DNA of 64,000 nt from Rikenella microfusus (GTDB lineage: Bacteria > Bacteroidota > Bacteroidia > Bacteroidales > VadinHA17): the NCBI GenBank assembly GCA_022736275.1, contig DZBJ01000008.1:33334-97333 (forward strand), given 5' to 3'. Below the pieces are notes generated by a model that did no database searches, had not been told where the DNA came from, and saw only the letters and a list, made by a program, of their open reading frames with translations. The position numbers and the translations under genes were made by a program. Positions 11,701 through 19,999 of this stretch are shown piece by piece; the stretch's first letter is position 1, and each line of letters opens with the position of its first letter.

Positions 11701-13135
11701 CGGTGGAGAACTCACCTACCTTGAACACCTGGCCATTGAAGGTGTATTCGTAGGCCACCGCCAGCACCTCGTCATTGTTCAGAGCCACATTAAGTGAGAT
11801 ATATCCCAGCTGGCTGTTGAGAGTATACTCGCGTGAAGTAAGCTGCCTCGCATTCTCGATCTTCTCATAATCGCGGCCTACCTGAAAACCGGGATAGAGT
11901 GAGGCGAAGGCGTCGGTAACCTGGTCTATGTTTCTTACAGCGCTGTATGTGGAATTCAGTTCTGCGTAGAGTCCGTTGCTGCTGTTGGCAGGATTGAACG
12001 GTGCTCCCGGGGTGCTCTGGAATTCCGGAACGGAATTGTAGATGTTCTCCTGATTCTCGGCAAGGTCGAGGAACGCAACTATATTGCGGTTGCTCATATC
12101 CTCAAAGCGGCTGGTCTTATTGGTGACCCATACTTCGATCTTCTCAATGTTGAGCCCGGTGCTGACAAGAGGAAGATTGGCCAGTGAAGCATCAAAGCTG
12201 TCCTTGAATTGCTGTGCCAGGAAGAAGTGACGGTTGGCCTCATATTTGTCAGCCGTGATCTCGTAATCAGTCAGCTGCGACCCACCCTTTACCTCCACTA
12301 CAGATGACTCACCCTTCTGCTGAGAGAAGACCGTGGTCATAGTCAGTTTGCCGAACTGCAGCTCTGTCTTGAGGCCAAAGAGGCTGTAGCTCCCTGATAT
12401 GAGGGTGCCGTTGAGCGGCAGGGTCACATCGCCGGCCTCAATCTTTTTGATGATCTCATCCTCCTTGCCTGAGTATTCCAGCTTGGTGCGGTTCTCAAAC
12501 TCGAACATTGCTTCAGTGTTGTAGTTGATCCCCAGCTCCATCTTGTCACCGATTGTGCCGGTGACATTCATCTGGATCTTCTCCTGGAAGTCGAAGGTGG
12601 GGATGGTGCGCAGATTCTCCGACAGTGTCGGGTTCTCGGTGTGGGAGATGTTGATCCCGAAGATGAGCTCCGCAGAACCCTGCGGCACGATATTGATAAC
12701 GTTACTGCCGAAGATCCTGTCAAAGGTCTCTCCTCCCACCTCAATCTGCGGTATAAGTGACGACCTGAAGCCCGACGCGTCTCCCCTGAGGCTTGCATCC
12801 CAGTATTCACGCATGGCCTGTTCAAACTCATACTTCCGGTACTCGTCAGCATTCATGTAGACAGGCCTGCGGTAATCGAGATCACCAACCTTCTGGTAGA
12901 TTATATACTGATTGTTGCGGCCGTCGTACTCGACTTGCGTGGTAAGGTTTGAGGGGTTACTGAGGAAGAGCGGAGATGATCTTTTGGCGTCCCATGGAAA
13001 GACGGGATCAGCATTGAGTTTAAGGAGGGTATCGCCGGCACCGCTCTGTGCACCAAGGGTCACAGAAATCAGGGTCAGGGCTGCAAATAGCCCCATCCTG
13101 ATCCTCAGACCCCTATTTTGTAAAGAAAACTGCAA
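5729..13135 (-). CDS. sprA: type IX secretion system outer-membrane translocon SprA/Sov
   Basis: 2468 aa; PQGSAEL, KIEAGDV, DFKSIRFFRMY and VWINELRL motifs; C-terminal beta-signal-like FSLRFTL; ruvA-sprA-gcvH synteny. Start could be ATG at 13096. Confidence 0.93.
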   Translation of the reverse strand: MQFSLQNRGLRIRMGLFAALTLISVTLGAQSGAGDTLLKLNADPVFPWDAKRSSPLFLSNPSNLTTQVEYDGRNNQYIIYQKVGDLDYRRPVYMNADEYRKYEFEQAMREYWDASLRGDASGFRSSLIPQIEVGGETFDRIFGSNVINIVPQGSAELIFGINISHTENPTLSENLRTIPTFDFQEKIQMNVTGTIGDKMELGINYNTEAMFEFENRTKLEYSGKEDEIIKKIEAGDVTLPLNGTLISGSYSLFGLKTELQFGKLTMTTVFSQQKGESSVVEVKGGSQLTDYEITADKYEANRHFFLAQQFKDSFDASLANLPLVSTGLNIEKIEVWVTNKTSRFEDMSNRNIVAFLDLAENQENIYNSVPEFQSTPGAPFNPANSSNGLYAELNSTYSAVRNIDQVTDAFASLYPGFQVGRDYEKIENARQLTSREYTLNSQLGYISLNVALNNDEVLAVAYEYTFNGQVFKVGEFSTDGITAPDALILKLIKGTNLSPQLPTWGLMMKNIYNLGSGRLEAKNFEVNILYQDDKTGNSLNYLPGTPLESQVLLQALGLDQLNSQLDREPDGLFDFVDGITVMAEKGRIIFPVLEPFGRHLLKYITDPEQIRKFVFTELYDSTQTAARQMAEKNKYVLSGQFTSASGSEIRLNVANIPAGSVKVTAGGVTLTENVDYTVDYNMGSVKIINTALIESQTPVQVSLESNQFFGLQTKSLIGTHLNYRFSDKFNLGGTALRLTERPYTQKVTYGEDPISNTIYGLDASYRSDSKFLTNAIDWLPLIETNAPSSVDFFGEFAYLAPGHSKAITKEGAVYIDDFEASEISLDLRAFNAWSHSSVPLGQDMLFPEAKLNNDLRSGFNRARLAWYVIDPLFLRNGSTTPDYIKANPDLQSSHYVREIYETEIFPYKESASGIPTNISVLNVAFYPSERGPYNFNVIPDGYSAGIGADGLLNSPRTRWGGMMRELLTNDFESANIQYIKFWVMDPYAESTGHDGGDLYFNLGNISEDILRDSRKQFENGLPVSPLVVNVDTTVWGRVPTVQAVVQAFDNNIESRRYQDVGLDGLGNDDERSFFDSYLLSVGAVVSPEVLDSIFDDPSNDDFHYFRGSDYDLLQLGILERYKKFNGTDGNSPTSEMSTESYPTSGTTLPDMEDINRDNTLSETESYYQYHVSMRREDLVVGRNFIVDEVEYTATFANGQKSPVKWYQFKIPVTDYEKVVGSIRDFKSIRFFRMYMRDFDEEVIMRFARLELVRSEWRKYNIAFFEGGERITIPEEDDGTFEISSVSIEENAGKEPVNYVLPPGFDRVIDPANPQLRQLNEQSMVLRVRNLADGDARATYKNVTLDMRQYRRLKMEVHAEALIGEPLLDDEVTVFVRLGSDYKGNFYEYEIPLKLTPYGRYNNDNEEQREIVWPEENKLDIDLSQLLDAKQARDAAMKESGSTLSEADIFTITIGNARISVSGNPNMSNVRVVMAGVRNPIRTRNPQRDDGAPKSAEVWINELRLSDFREEGGWAANAQMQARLADLGTLNMVGQTSTPGWGSIDKKVNERSMVQLIQYDLSSNLELGKLFPEKTGMRIPVYMGYSENRIRPQYDPLNPDIKLNESLDQTETKAERDSILNLAEQYTRRRTLTVSNAGTTNRGEKPHAWDPANLSVSYAFNELHNSDTKKEIDVEKTYRGGIAYDFDAMPKNYTPFQKAGLINSSAFRLIKDFNIYLFPRHITVRTDLYRYYNEVKTRNINNPNFIIDPYFTKDFIWTRFYDIRYDITKQLKLDFTASTIARIDEPAGGVDRERYPDIYDQWRDSVMTSLSNFGRTTNYYHLLNLNYNIPVNKLPLLSWVTSNARYTARYDWLAGTVFADSANIIPGNTIKNSSNAQFTVQANLTNIYSKVKFLKEIEATTQPGARSRMSLGYEEVTHSRRGIPLRAGKPRIINHNLKTRDITVTVTAPDGTVVTGKYDVVSDMRIDYTADADVTNASIDIRGRVEKKPGMANVAGRYLIRALMALRNISGTYQLEQGHIMPGYLPGTSFLGQQSYDGMSAPGWRFLLGLTDERFFDEAVINGWITTDTLLNNAASYSQREQINLRANIEPFPGLRIDLTSDRRYSETMSSYLRADYNGNFPDSLRNPRITGSFTISVVSWGTSFEKIPKSGDYVSQTFEQFRDNTVIISQRRGDERSQVDNTYDPDYDPVTGEQITGPYTSGYGLTSSEVLVPSFLAAYTKRDADKISLDPFPSALQMMPNWRINFEGLTKFEAVRKVFNSVSLSHQYRSTYTIGSFNTSLYYDPDESGISIIRDLNSNFIPLYEINSVTINEQFSPFINIDLGWKNSLSTRFEYRRSRTVTLNLTSNQVADIRNEEITIGAGYRFDNVAIILRSRTGQRALESDLNLKLDLSIRDNKTLARKLIEEVNQPVAGQRVFTIRGTADYLLSDRFNLQIYADHSMNDPFVANTFLTSNTNFGFSLRFTLAQ

Positions 13136-13150
13136 TCCGGCACTTCTGTT

Positions 13151-13732
13151 TTATAACAGTTTCAGCGCCCTCCTCACTATCTCCTCCACCTGGAGTGTTC
13201 TGTCCTCCTTCAGGAGGTTGTCAACAACCTTAATGGCGCTGTTCCTGGCAAATCCAAGCATCACTAAAGCTGATAACGATTCTTCACGTGCAGTATTGTC
13301 GGAAAATGCAATAATTTCACCGGAAACAGAGTGTTTTCCGGTTTTATCTTTCAGGTCAATAATTATCCTTTGTGCGGTCTTTAATCCTATGCCCTTGACT
13401 GCCTTGAGAATGCCGACATTTCCCTCTGAAATTGCCTCCCGGAGGTCACCCGGCCTGACTGATGAAAGCATCATCCGTGCAGTGCCGGCACCGACACCCG
13501 AAACGCTGATCAGCTGCCTGAACAGTTCACGCTCATCTTCGGCGAAAAAACCATAGAGATGCCAGGCATCCTCCCGGATCGACTCATGGATCAGTATCTT
13601 GCAGGTAACTGCCTTTTCAAGAGCAGCATAAGTGTTAAGTGAAATATTGATGTTGTATCCTATGCCGTTGCATTCAACCACCACATAGGCTGGGGTCAGA
13701 ACGGTAACCTTACCGGTAATGTAATCGATCAT
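13151..13732 (-). CDS. ruvA: Holliday junction branch migration protein RuvA
   Basis: MIDYITG start, LISVSGVGA and VKGIGLKTAQRI HhH motifs. Confidence 0.96.
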   Translation of the reverse strand: MIDYITGKVTVLTPAYVVVECNGIGYNINISLNTYAALEKAVTCKILIHESIREDAWHLYGFFAEDERELFRQLISVSGVGAGTARMMLSSVRPGDLREAISEGNVGILKAVKGIGLKTAQRIIIDLKDKTGKHSVSGEIIAFSDNTAREESLSALVMLGFARNSAIKVVDNLLKEDRTLQVEEIVRRALKLL

Positions 13733-14841
13733 AATGGGTGGTCATAATTGTCCGGCTCGGGAGGAAGCTCGTCCACATGATCATGATCAGCATGGATCTC
13801 CATCCTCTGGGGCTGAAGCGGGTTGCGCGACATATCCTCATACATCTGCCTGTTACGGAAAATGTCGCAGGCCGCATAGATGGCGTGCCGCATAGAGTTG
13901 CCTGAGGCTTCATTCTTTCCGGTTATATCGAAAGCGGTACCATGCACCGGCGAGGTTCTTATCACTGAAAGTCCGGCAGTGAAATTGACTCCGGTATCAA
14001 AGGCAAGAGCCTTGAATGCACTCATGCCCTGATCATGGTACATGGCAAGCACCGCATCAAAACGGCTGAAGGCCCCTGAACCGAAAAATCCGTCAGACGA
14101 GTAGGGGCCGAAGGCCAGCATCCCCTCCTCATTGGCTTTGGTTATGGCAGGGATGATGATGTCCCTCTCTTCATTGCCGAGCAGACCGTCGTCACCGGCA
14201 TGCGGATTAAGGCTAAGGATCGCAATGCGCGGACCGCGTATGGCAAAGTCCTGTAACAGCGCCCTGTTAAACAGTCTCAGCTTGCCCAGGATATGCTGGA
14301 CAGTAATGGCTCCGGGAACATCTTTGAGAGGAAGATGTTCGGTGACAAAACCTATCTTCATGCTCTCGCAGATCATGAGCATCAGCACCTCGGAGGCGTT
14401 GACCTTCGACTTCAGGTAGTCAGTATGGCCTGTAAACCTGAACTTGTCAGACTGCATGTTGTGCTTGTCTATGGGAGCGGTCACAAGCACGTCAATCTTG
14501 CCTCCTGTCAGGTCTGCCGTGGCAATCTCCAGAGCTGCAAGCGAAGCCTGTCCCCCTTCCGGAGTCGACCTGCCAAGCTCAACACGCACCTCATCATCAA
14601 GGCAGTTGACAAGGTTGACTTTTTTCGGATGAGCCTCTGAGACGTTCCTGATATTGTTGAAGTTGAAAGTGGTATTATTCAGCACCTTCCGGTGGTATGC
14701 CGCAACTTTGGGCGAGCCGTAGACCACGGGGATGCACAGATCGGTGATGGAGGAATCGGACAGTGCCTTGATAATGATCTCATAGCCGATACCGTTGATA
14801 TCCCCCTGGGTGATGCCCGCAATTATTGGTTTTCTTTCCAT
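13729..14841 (-). CDS. pdxA: 4-hydroxythreonine-4-phosphate dehydrogenase PdxA
   Basis: GDINGIGYE, TAPIDK, LNPHAGD, AMYHDQG, RTSPVHGTAFDI. Confidence 0.93.
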   Translation of the reverse strand: MERKPIIAGITQGDINGIGYEIIIKALSDSSITDLCIPVVYGSPKVAAYHRKVLNNTTFNFNNIRNVSEAHPKKVNLVNCLDDEVRVELGRSTPEGGQASLAALEIATADLTGGKIDVLVTAPIDKHNMQSDKFRFTGHTDYLKSKVNASEVLMLMICESMKIGFVTEHLPLKDVPGAITVQHILGKLRLFNRALLQDFAIRGPRIAILSLNPHAGDDGLLGNEERDIIIPAITKANEEGMLAFGPYSSDGFFGSGAFSRFDAVLAMYHDQGMSAFKALAFDTGVNFTAGLSVIRTSPVHGTAFDITGKNEASGNSMRHAIYAACDIFRNRQMYEDMSRNPLQPQRMEIHADHDHVDELPPEPDNYDHPL

Positions 14842-14926
14842 TGTAATTCCTGTCTTGCAACCAGCCCGGAGGCTGTTCAGCGTCGTAAAGTTAATGAAAT
14901 TATTGAATGATATAGCTTTAATGTAT

Positions 14927-14934
14927 TACCTTTG
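14927..14934 (+). promoter_or_regulatory. -7 promoter element for mqnC
   Basis: TACCTTTG about 30 bp upstream of the start. Confidence 0.55.
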
Positions 14935-14965
14935 AGTTATCCTGTGACAATGCTCAGGATGTGAT

Positions 14966-16072
14966 ATGATGGGTGTTACAGAACATTTGTACAACAAGAC
15001 TGCCGGTGGTGAGCGGATCACTGCCGCGGAGGCACTGAGCCTGTGGGAGGAGGCACCCCTGGCCATGCTTATGTACCTTGCCGATAACGTACGGAAGAGA
15101 CTGCATCCGGGCAACATGGTCGGATGGATGATTGACCGCAACGTGAACATAACCAACATCTGCTTTTCTCATTGCCGTTTCTGCAATTTCTGCCGCACGG
15201 AAGGAAGTGAAGACGCCTATGTTACAACAGATGAGGAGTATGACAGCAAGATCAGTGAGCTTGTTGCCCTGGGAGGCGACCAGCTGCTGCTGCAGGGTGG
15301 CATGAATCCTTCCCTCGGACTTGATTTTTATACCGGTCTTTTCAGAAGACTCAAGAGCCGATGGCCCGGACTGAAGCTCCACGCTATGGGTCCGCCGGAG
15401 GTGGCATGGCTCGCACGTGCCGAGAGGATGAGCTACCATGATGTGCTGACGGCACTCCGTGATGCAGGCCTCGACTCCCTGCCCGGCGCCGGGGCAGAGA
15501 TACTCTCTGACAGGGTCAGGAGAACCGTCTCACCTGCCAAGGCCACCACCGCTGAATGGCTGGGGGTGATGCGGGAGGCACACCGGCTGAACCTGCCCAC
15601 CTCGGCCACAATGATGTTCGGCCATGCCGAGACGGTGGAGGAGAGGATCGAACACCTGGAGCTCCTTCGCAAACTGCAGGATGCCAAACCCCGGGGACAT
15701 GACGGCTTTGTCACCTTCATCGCATGGCCCTTCATGGACCGCGGTACGAAGCTTGCTGAAAAAGACGGCATACGGAGCAGGGTCACTGCCGCTGAATATC
15801 TCAGGCTCGTGGCCATCAGCAGGCTTATGCTCGACAATATCCCCAATCTTCAGGCCTCAATACTCACGGTGGGCAAAGAGACAGCAATGATCTCGCTCCA
15901 CGGCGGCGCCAATGACCTGGGATCGGTGATGATTGAAGAAAATGTGGTCAGCGCCGCAGGAGACCCCTTCAGGGTTGATCCGGAAACCATGAAACAGATA
16001 ATAACCGATGCGGGCTTCATCCCTGTGAGAAGGGACCAACGCTACCTGCCGGTGGAGGAACAGGGCAACTGA
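14966..16072 (+). CDS. mqnC: CofH/MqnC-family radical SAM protein, probably cyclic dehypoxanthine futalosine synthase
   Basis: DRNVNITNICFSHCRFCNF (CxxxCxxC), QLLLQGG, SLPGAGAEIL, ATMMFGH, GANDLGSVMIEENVV. Confidence 0.8.
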   Translation: MMGVTEHLYNKTAGGERITAAEALSLWEEAPLAMLMYLADNVRKRLHPGNMVGWMIDRNVNITNICFSHCRFCNFCRTEGSEDAYVTTDEEYDSKISELVALGGDQLLLQGGMNPSLGLDFYTGLFRRLKSRWPGLKLHAMGPPEVAWLARAERMSYHDVLTALRDAGLDSLPGAGAEILSDRVRRTVSPAKATTAEWLGVMREAHRLNLPTSATMMFGHAETVEERIEHLELLRKLQDAKPRGHDGFVTFIAWPFMDRGTKLAEKDGIRSRVTAAEYLRLVAISRLMLDNIPNLQASILTVGKETAMISLHGGANDLGSVMIEENVVSAAGDPFRVDPETMKQIITDAGFIPVRRDQRYLPVEEQGN

Positions 16073-16075
16073 ATT

Positions 16076-16166
16076 AGCAGTAGCCAGTCGGCAGTTTAAG
16101 TCTGCGACGCAGGAGAAGGCTCAATCCCGCATCCGCCGGCTGGCGGATCGGGACGGCAGTCGGCAG
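16076..16166. repeat. second REP-like copy embedded in GGCAGTC heptamer repeats
   Basis: 16104-16155 is 48/52 identical to 5113-5164, flanked by (c/g)gcagt(c) units; lies between convergent genes. Confidence 0.75.
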
Positions 16167-16198
16167 GCGCCAGCGATACTACGCCGGATCTCTGAGAC

Positions 16199-17185
16199 CT
16201 ATTCTGCCATCTTTTTTACGGTATACATCAGCGCCTCAACCTGGCGGAGCAGCTCCCGCTTCTCTTCCCTGGGAGCATAGACGAAGCCCGTCACCACCAC
16301 TGCACGCGATGTCTCCTCATCAATGAAGGCATATGAAATAAAGGGCCCTCCCATAAAACCTCCTTCCAGGGTCCATAAGCCTCTCATCTCGATATAGTCG
16401 GTGCCATTACGGCTGAATGAACGGCAGCTGACCGGTATCTGCTTCTCAAGGACCATGAATGACCCTCCGTCGGGCCCCTTTACCTCTGCCGAGGTGACCT
16501 TCTCGGTGAGATTGGCAAGCTCAAAGCACCCGATACGTGAGGTCATCCGCTCAGTGACTGAGACAATCACCGACTGTGTGGTTGATGGCGTCTCGGCAGA
16601 AATCATCATGATAGCCTCACGGTTAAAATCAGTCTTGTATCCCGCTGGCATGACCAGCTCCCATTTTTTGTCACCCAAGGTGACAACGCTTCTCTCCTTT
16701 CCTGCGGACTCCGTCAGCCAGGAGGTCAGCCTCCCGCGCTCGGCATCGTTGATGCTTTTTCTTATCTCTTCTCCGTTAACCCTGATACAGTCGGCAACAG
16801 CAGCTGAATCAGAACCGGAAACGGTTATTACAATCTGGGTCTCAGCCCACCTGTTACTGACATAATCCACCTCCGGTTCAGTCTTGTCACGGGCGATTTT
16901 AACTATTATGATGTTTCTGTGAGCGACATAGAGATCACGGAAACCTGCAGGATTAACGGGCAGGATGCTAAAGGCCGGTTCAGGCTGTGGCATCCCGATC
17001 AGAAAGGGTGCCACCTGTTCCCTGATGGCTGCACCGGGACTGCCGTTCCATAGAGGTTTGTCCATTACAACCAGGACCTCACCGGCGGTGCCGGTGACGT
17101 TGGGCAATGTCCGTGTCAGCGACGAGTCGCCGCAGGAAGCCATGCTGATCATGGCCAGGAATAAGAAAAATGCCGAAGTTCTCAT
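16199..17185 (-). CDS. DUF4837-family lipoprotein
   Basis: Start moved to ATG 17185 (MRTSAFF...MASC lipobox); GMPQPEPAF, EMRGLW, FMGGPFISY and GFVYAP motifs. Confidence 0.8.
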   Translation of the reverse strand: MRTSAFFLFLAMISMASCGDSSLTRTLPNVTGTAGEVLVVMDKPLWNGSPGAAIREQVAPFLIGMPQPEPAFSILPVNPAGFRDLYVAHRNIIIVKIARDKTEPEVDYVSNRWAETQIVITVSGSDSAAVADCIRVNGEEIRKSINDAERGRLTSWLTESAGKERSVVTLGDKKWELVMPAGYKTDFNREAIMMISAETPSTTQSVIVSVTERMTSRIGCFELANLTEKVTSAEVKGPDGGSFMVLEKQIPVSCRSFSRNGTDYIEMRGLWTLEGGFMGGPFISYAFIDEETSRAVVVTGFVYAPREEKRELLRQVEALMYTVKKMAE

Positions 17186-17200
17186 AGTGCACCCTTTCTG

Positions 17201-17230
17201 AAATAAAAAGCCTGCACTCACATGCAGGCT
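17201..17230 (-). terminator. intrinsic terminator after tatA
   Basis: minus strand AGCCTGCA-TGTGAG-TGCAGGCT-TTTTATTT. Confidence 0.7.
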
Positions 17231-17251
17231 CAGAATCAAGATATATAAACC

Positions 17252-17428
17252 CTAATTATCTTCTCCTACGCCCTTCTTGGTGTCAGGGCTTTCCGTGTCC
17301 TTGGCTTTCTTAAACTCTTTCAGGCCCTGCCCTATGCCTTTCATCAGCTCCGGTATCTTGCGCCCGCCAAACATCAAAAGCACTACTGCCAGTATCAGGA
17401 TAATTTCAAGAGGTCCGATCTTTCCCAT
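17252..17428 (-). CDS. tatA: twin-arginine translocase TatA/TatE subunit (58 aa)
   Basis: Manual translation: [58 protein letters not shown]; absent from the ORF track; own TACATTTG element at 17450-17457 (minus). Confidence 0.92.
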   Translation of the reverse strand: MGKIGPLEIILILAVVLLMFGGRKIPELMKGIGQGLKEFKKAKDTESPDTKKGVGEDN

Positions 17429-17496
17429 TTCTCAGAGTATTTGTTTATGCAAATGTAACAATTCTTTCATTTACGTCACCGCAAAGCGGTCAATAA

Positions 17497-18822
17497 TCAT
17501 TTTCTGATAAGTTTGAGTATGTCATTCCCGTTTGCGAAGATCAGAAGTGCAAGAAGTATGACCATACCTGCTATCTGGGCGTATTCCAGGAACTTGTCAC
17601 TCGGTTTCCTGCCGGTGACAACCTCGAAAATGAGAAACATCACATGCCCTCCGTCAAGGGCGGGAATGGGAAGAATATTCATTACCGCAAGTATAAGCGA
17701 CAGGAATGCCGTAAGGTTCCAGAACGACTGCCAGTTCCACTTGCCCGGGAAAATGCTCCCAATTGTAATAAATCCGCCCAGTGATTCATAGGCCTTGGTG
17801 TCTTTTGAGAATATCAGCCTGAACTGCTTGAGATAGTCTCCGGTTGTCTTCCAGCCCTTTGAGATACCGGCCGGAATGGCCTGGGCAAAATTATAGTGCA
17901 TGGTACTCATCTCCAGAATGTTGGACACATCCCTCATCACACCCAGTATTCCGGCTTCCGTTGTTCTGACGCTGAAATCAATAAGCTCATTGTCACGCCT
18001 GACGGTGACTGTCAGTGGCTCACCCTTACGGGCAGCCAGGTATACCTGAAACTCATCATACCATTCAAACGGAATGCTGTCAAGTGCAACAATCTCATCG
18101 CCCATAGCCAGGCCTGCATTCCTGGCAGGGGAATCATCCGAAAAACCTGTGACGACGAACGGCCCGAATGGAATACGGGCATCGATAATATCCGGATTTT
18201 TCAGCAGCAGAGGGATGTATTCTCGGTTGATCGGAAGATCTACTATCTCTCCCTGCCTGTCAAGGGTTATCTCCTGGCGATCATTCAGAAGGATATCAGG
18301 GACGATGGCGTAGAAGTTGTCAACCGGTATGCCGTCAACAGCAATGATCTTGTCTCCGTTGCGAAGGCCCATTGCATAACCCGTTGAATCAGTAAGGATA
18401 CCGTATTTGACATTCGAAGCAGCAAGGTAGGTCTCACCCCAGACACTCAGCGCCCCAACATAGATGAGCATGGCAAAAATGAAGTTGAAGAAGACTCCGC
18501 CAAGCATAATCATGAGACGCTGCCATGACTTCTTCGATCTGAACTCATGCGGCTGCGGAGGCTGCTTCATCTGCTCCTTGTCCATCGACTCGTCAATCAT
18601 ACCCGAGATCTTCACATATCCTCCCAGGGGTATCATTCCGATGCCATACTCCGTCTCTCCCCACTTGCGCTTGAAAATTGCCCATGGCCAGTCGAAAAAG
18701 AGATAGAACTTCTCAACCCTGGTCTTGAAGAGGCGGGCAAAGAGAAAGTGCCCGAATTCATGCACTATTACCAGGATTGAAAGCGACAGCAAAAGCTGTA
18801 ATATTTTTATAAGAACGGTCAT
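17497..18822 (-). CDS. rseP: RIP metalloprotease RseP
   Basis: HEFGH, PLGGYVKI, two PDZ-like regions, NILPIPALDGG. Confidence 0.95.
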   Translation of the reverse strand: MTVLIKILQLLLSLSILVIVHEFGHFLFARLFKTRVEKFYLFFDWPWAIFKRKWGETEYGIGMIPLGGYVKISGMIDESMDKEQMKQPPQPHEFRSKKSWQRLMIMLGGVFFNFIFAMLIYVGALSVWGETYLAASNVKYGILTDSTGYAMGLRNGDKIIAVDGIPVDNFYAIVPDILLNDRQEITLDRQGEIVDLPINREYIPLLLKNPDIIDARIPFGPFVVTGFSDDSPARNAGLAMGDEIVALDSIPFEWYDEFQVYLAARKGEPLTVTVRRDNELIDFSVRTTEAGILGVMRDVSNILEMSTMHYNFAQAIPAGISKGWKTTGDYLKQFRLIFSKDTKAYESLGGFITIGSIFPGKWNWQSFWNLTAFLSLILAVMNILPIPALDGGHVMFLIFEVVTGRKPSDKFLEYAQIAGMVILLALLIFANGNDILKLIRK

Positions 18823-19985
18823 TTTCTGCTTATTTTATTTATGTACTCCGTGGCGAGGCTCCTGCTTCTCAGGTCGGTCTCCTCATAAATATCCATGGAT
18901 GCTTCGTTGTTGAATACTGTGTTTCCCATCACATGCTCCACTGTTCCTGCGATGTCATTGAATCCTATTTTTTCCCGCAGGAACGCCGCTACGGCGGCCT
19001 CGTTGGCAGCGTTCATAGCGCATGGTATGTTTCCTCCGCTCTTAAGTGCCGTGCGTGCCAGTTGCAGGCAGCGGAAGCGCTCCGTATCAGGTTCTTCGAA
19101 GGTGAGCGTGCCGATCTCCGCCAGTGACGGCCGTGGCAACTCCGTCATCACCCTCTCGGGGTATGTAAGGGCATAAATGATCGGCAGTCTCATATCAGGA
19201 ACACTGAGTTGTGCTTTTATCGATCCGTCAGTGAACTGCACCAGCGAATGGATTATTGACTGGGGATGGAGGAGCACCTCTATTTTGTCAGGGGCAGTTT
19301 CGAAGAGCCAGTGTGCCTCTATCACCTCGAGACCCTTGTTCATCAGTGTGGCCGAGTCGATGGTGATCTTGCTGCCCATGCTCCAGATGGGGTGGCGCAG
19401 GGCCTCCAGCGGGGTGACCTTTGCCAGTCTGTCGGCGGGAGTGCTGCGGAAGGGCCCTCCGGAGGCGGTGAGGATAATTTTTTCAACAGAGCCCTTCGGC
19501 TCACTGCTGAGGCACTGCATTATTGCCGAATGCTCAGAGTCGACCGGCAGTATACGGCTTCCGGTCGTGGCTGCAGTGCGGGTGATCATCTCCCCTGCCA
19601 CCACGAGGGTCTCCTTGTTGGCAAGAGCCACCTCACGTCCGGCCTTTACCGCGGCAGCCGTCGACCTGAGTCCTGCAAAGCCAACCATGGCTGCAACAAC
19701 CGTATCTATGCCGTCAGATGATGCCACCTCCTCAAAAGCCTGCCTGCCGGCAAGAACCTCAATGCCCAGACCGGCAAGGCCGTCCCTGACCACACTGTAG
19801 AATGCCTCATCGCCAATGACAACCCGCTGCGGTCTGTAAAGCCTCGCCTGCTCCATAAGCAGCGCCGCATTGCTTCCGGCAGTGAGCACCGTGACAGTGA
19901 AGAGGTCAGGATAACCGGCCACGATACCGAGGGTCTGCGTGCCGATCGATCCTGTTGATCCGAGAATTGCGAGTCGCTTATGCAT
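18819..19985 (-). CDS. dxr: 1-deoxy-D-xylulose-5-phosphate reductoisomerase
   Basis: LGSTGSIG, LANKETLV, PVDSEH, LTASGGPF, MNKGLEVIEA. Confidence 0.97.
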   Translation of the reverse strand: MHKRLAILGSTGSIGTQTLGIVAGYPDLFTVTVLTAGSNAALLMEQARLYRPQRVVIGDEAFYSVVRDGLAGLGIEVLAGRQAFEEVASSDGIDTVVAAMVGFAGLRSTAAAVKAGREVALANKETLVVAGEMITRTAATTGSRILPVDSEHSAIMQCLSSEPKGSVEKIILTASGGPFRSTPADRLAKVTPLEALRHPIWSMGSKITIDSATLMNKGLEVIEAHWLFETAPDKIEVLLHPQSIIHSLVQFTDGSIKAQLSVPDMRLPIIYALTYPERVMTELPRPSLAEIGTLTFEEPDTERFRCLQLARTALKSGGNIPCAMNAANEAAVAAFLREKIGFNDIAGTVEHVMGNTVFNNEASMDIYEETDLRSRSLATEYINKISRK

Positions 19986-19999
19986 CTGCCGCTGTGATG

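Noticed and set aside
5868-13556. Many 60-214 aa ORFs antisense or out of frame within sprA and ruvA (likewise within nusA, infB, dxr, susC)
   Set aside because: Shadow ORFs expected from codon bias in GC-rich genes; no recognisable motifs.
5232-13732. ruvA-sprA-gcvH juxtaposition as a novel functional link
   Set aside because: Commonly conserved Bacteroidota synteny; not unusual.
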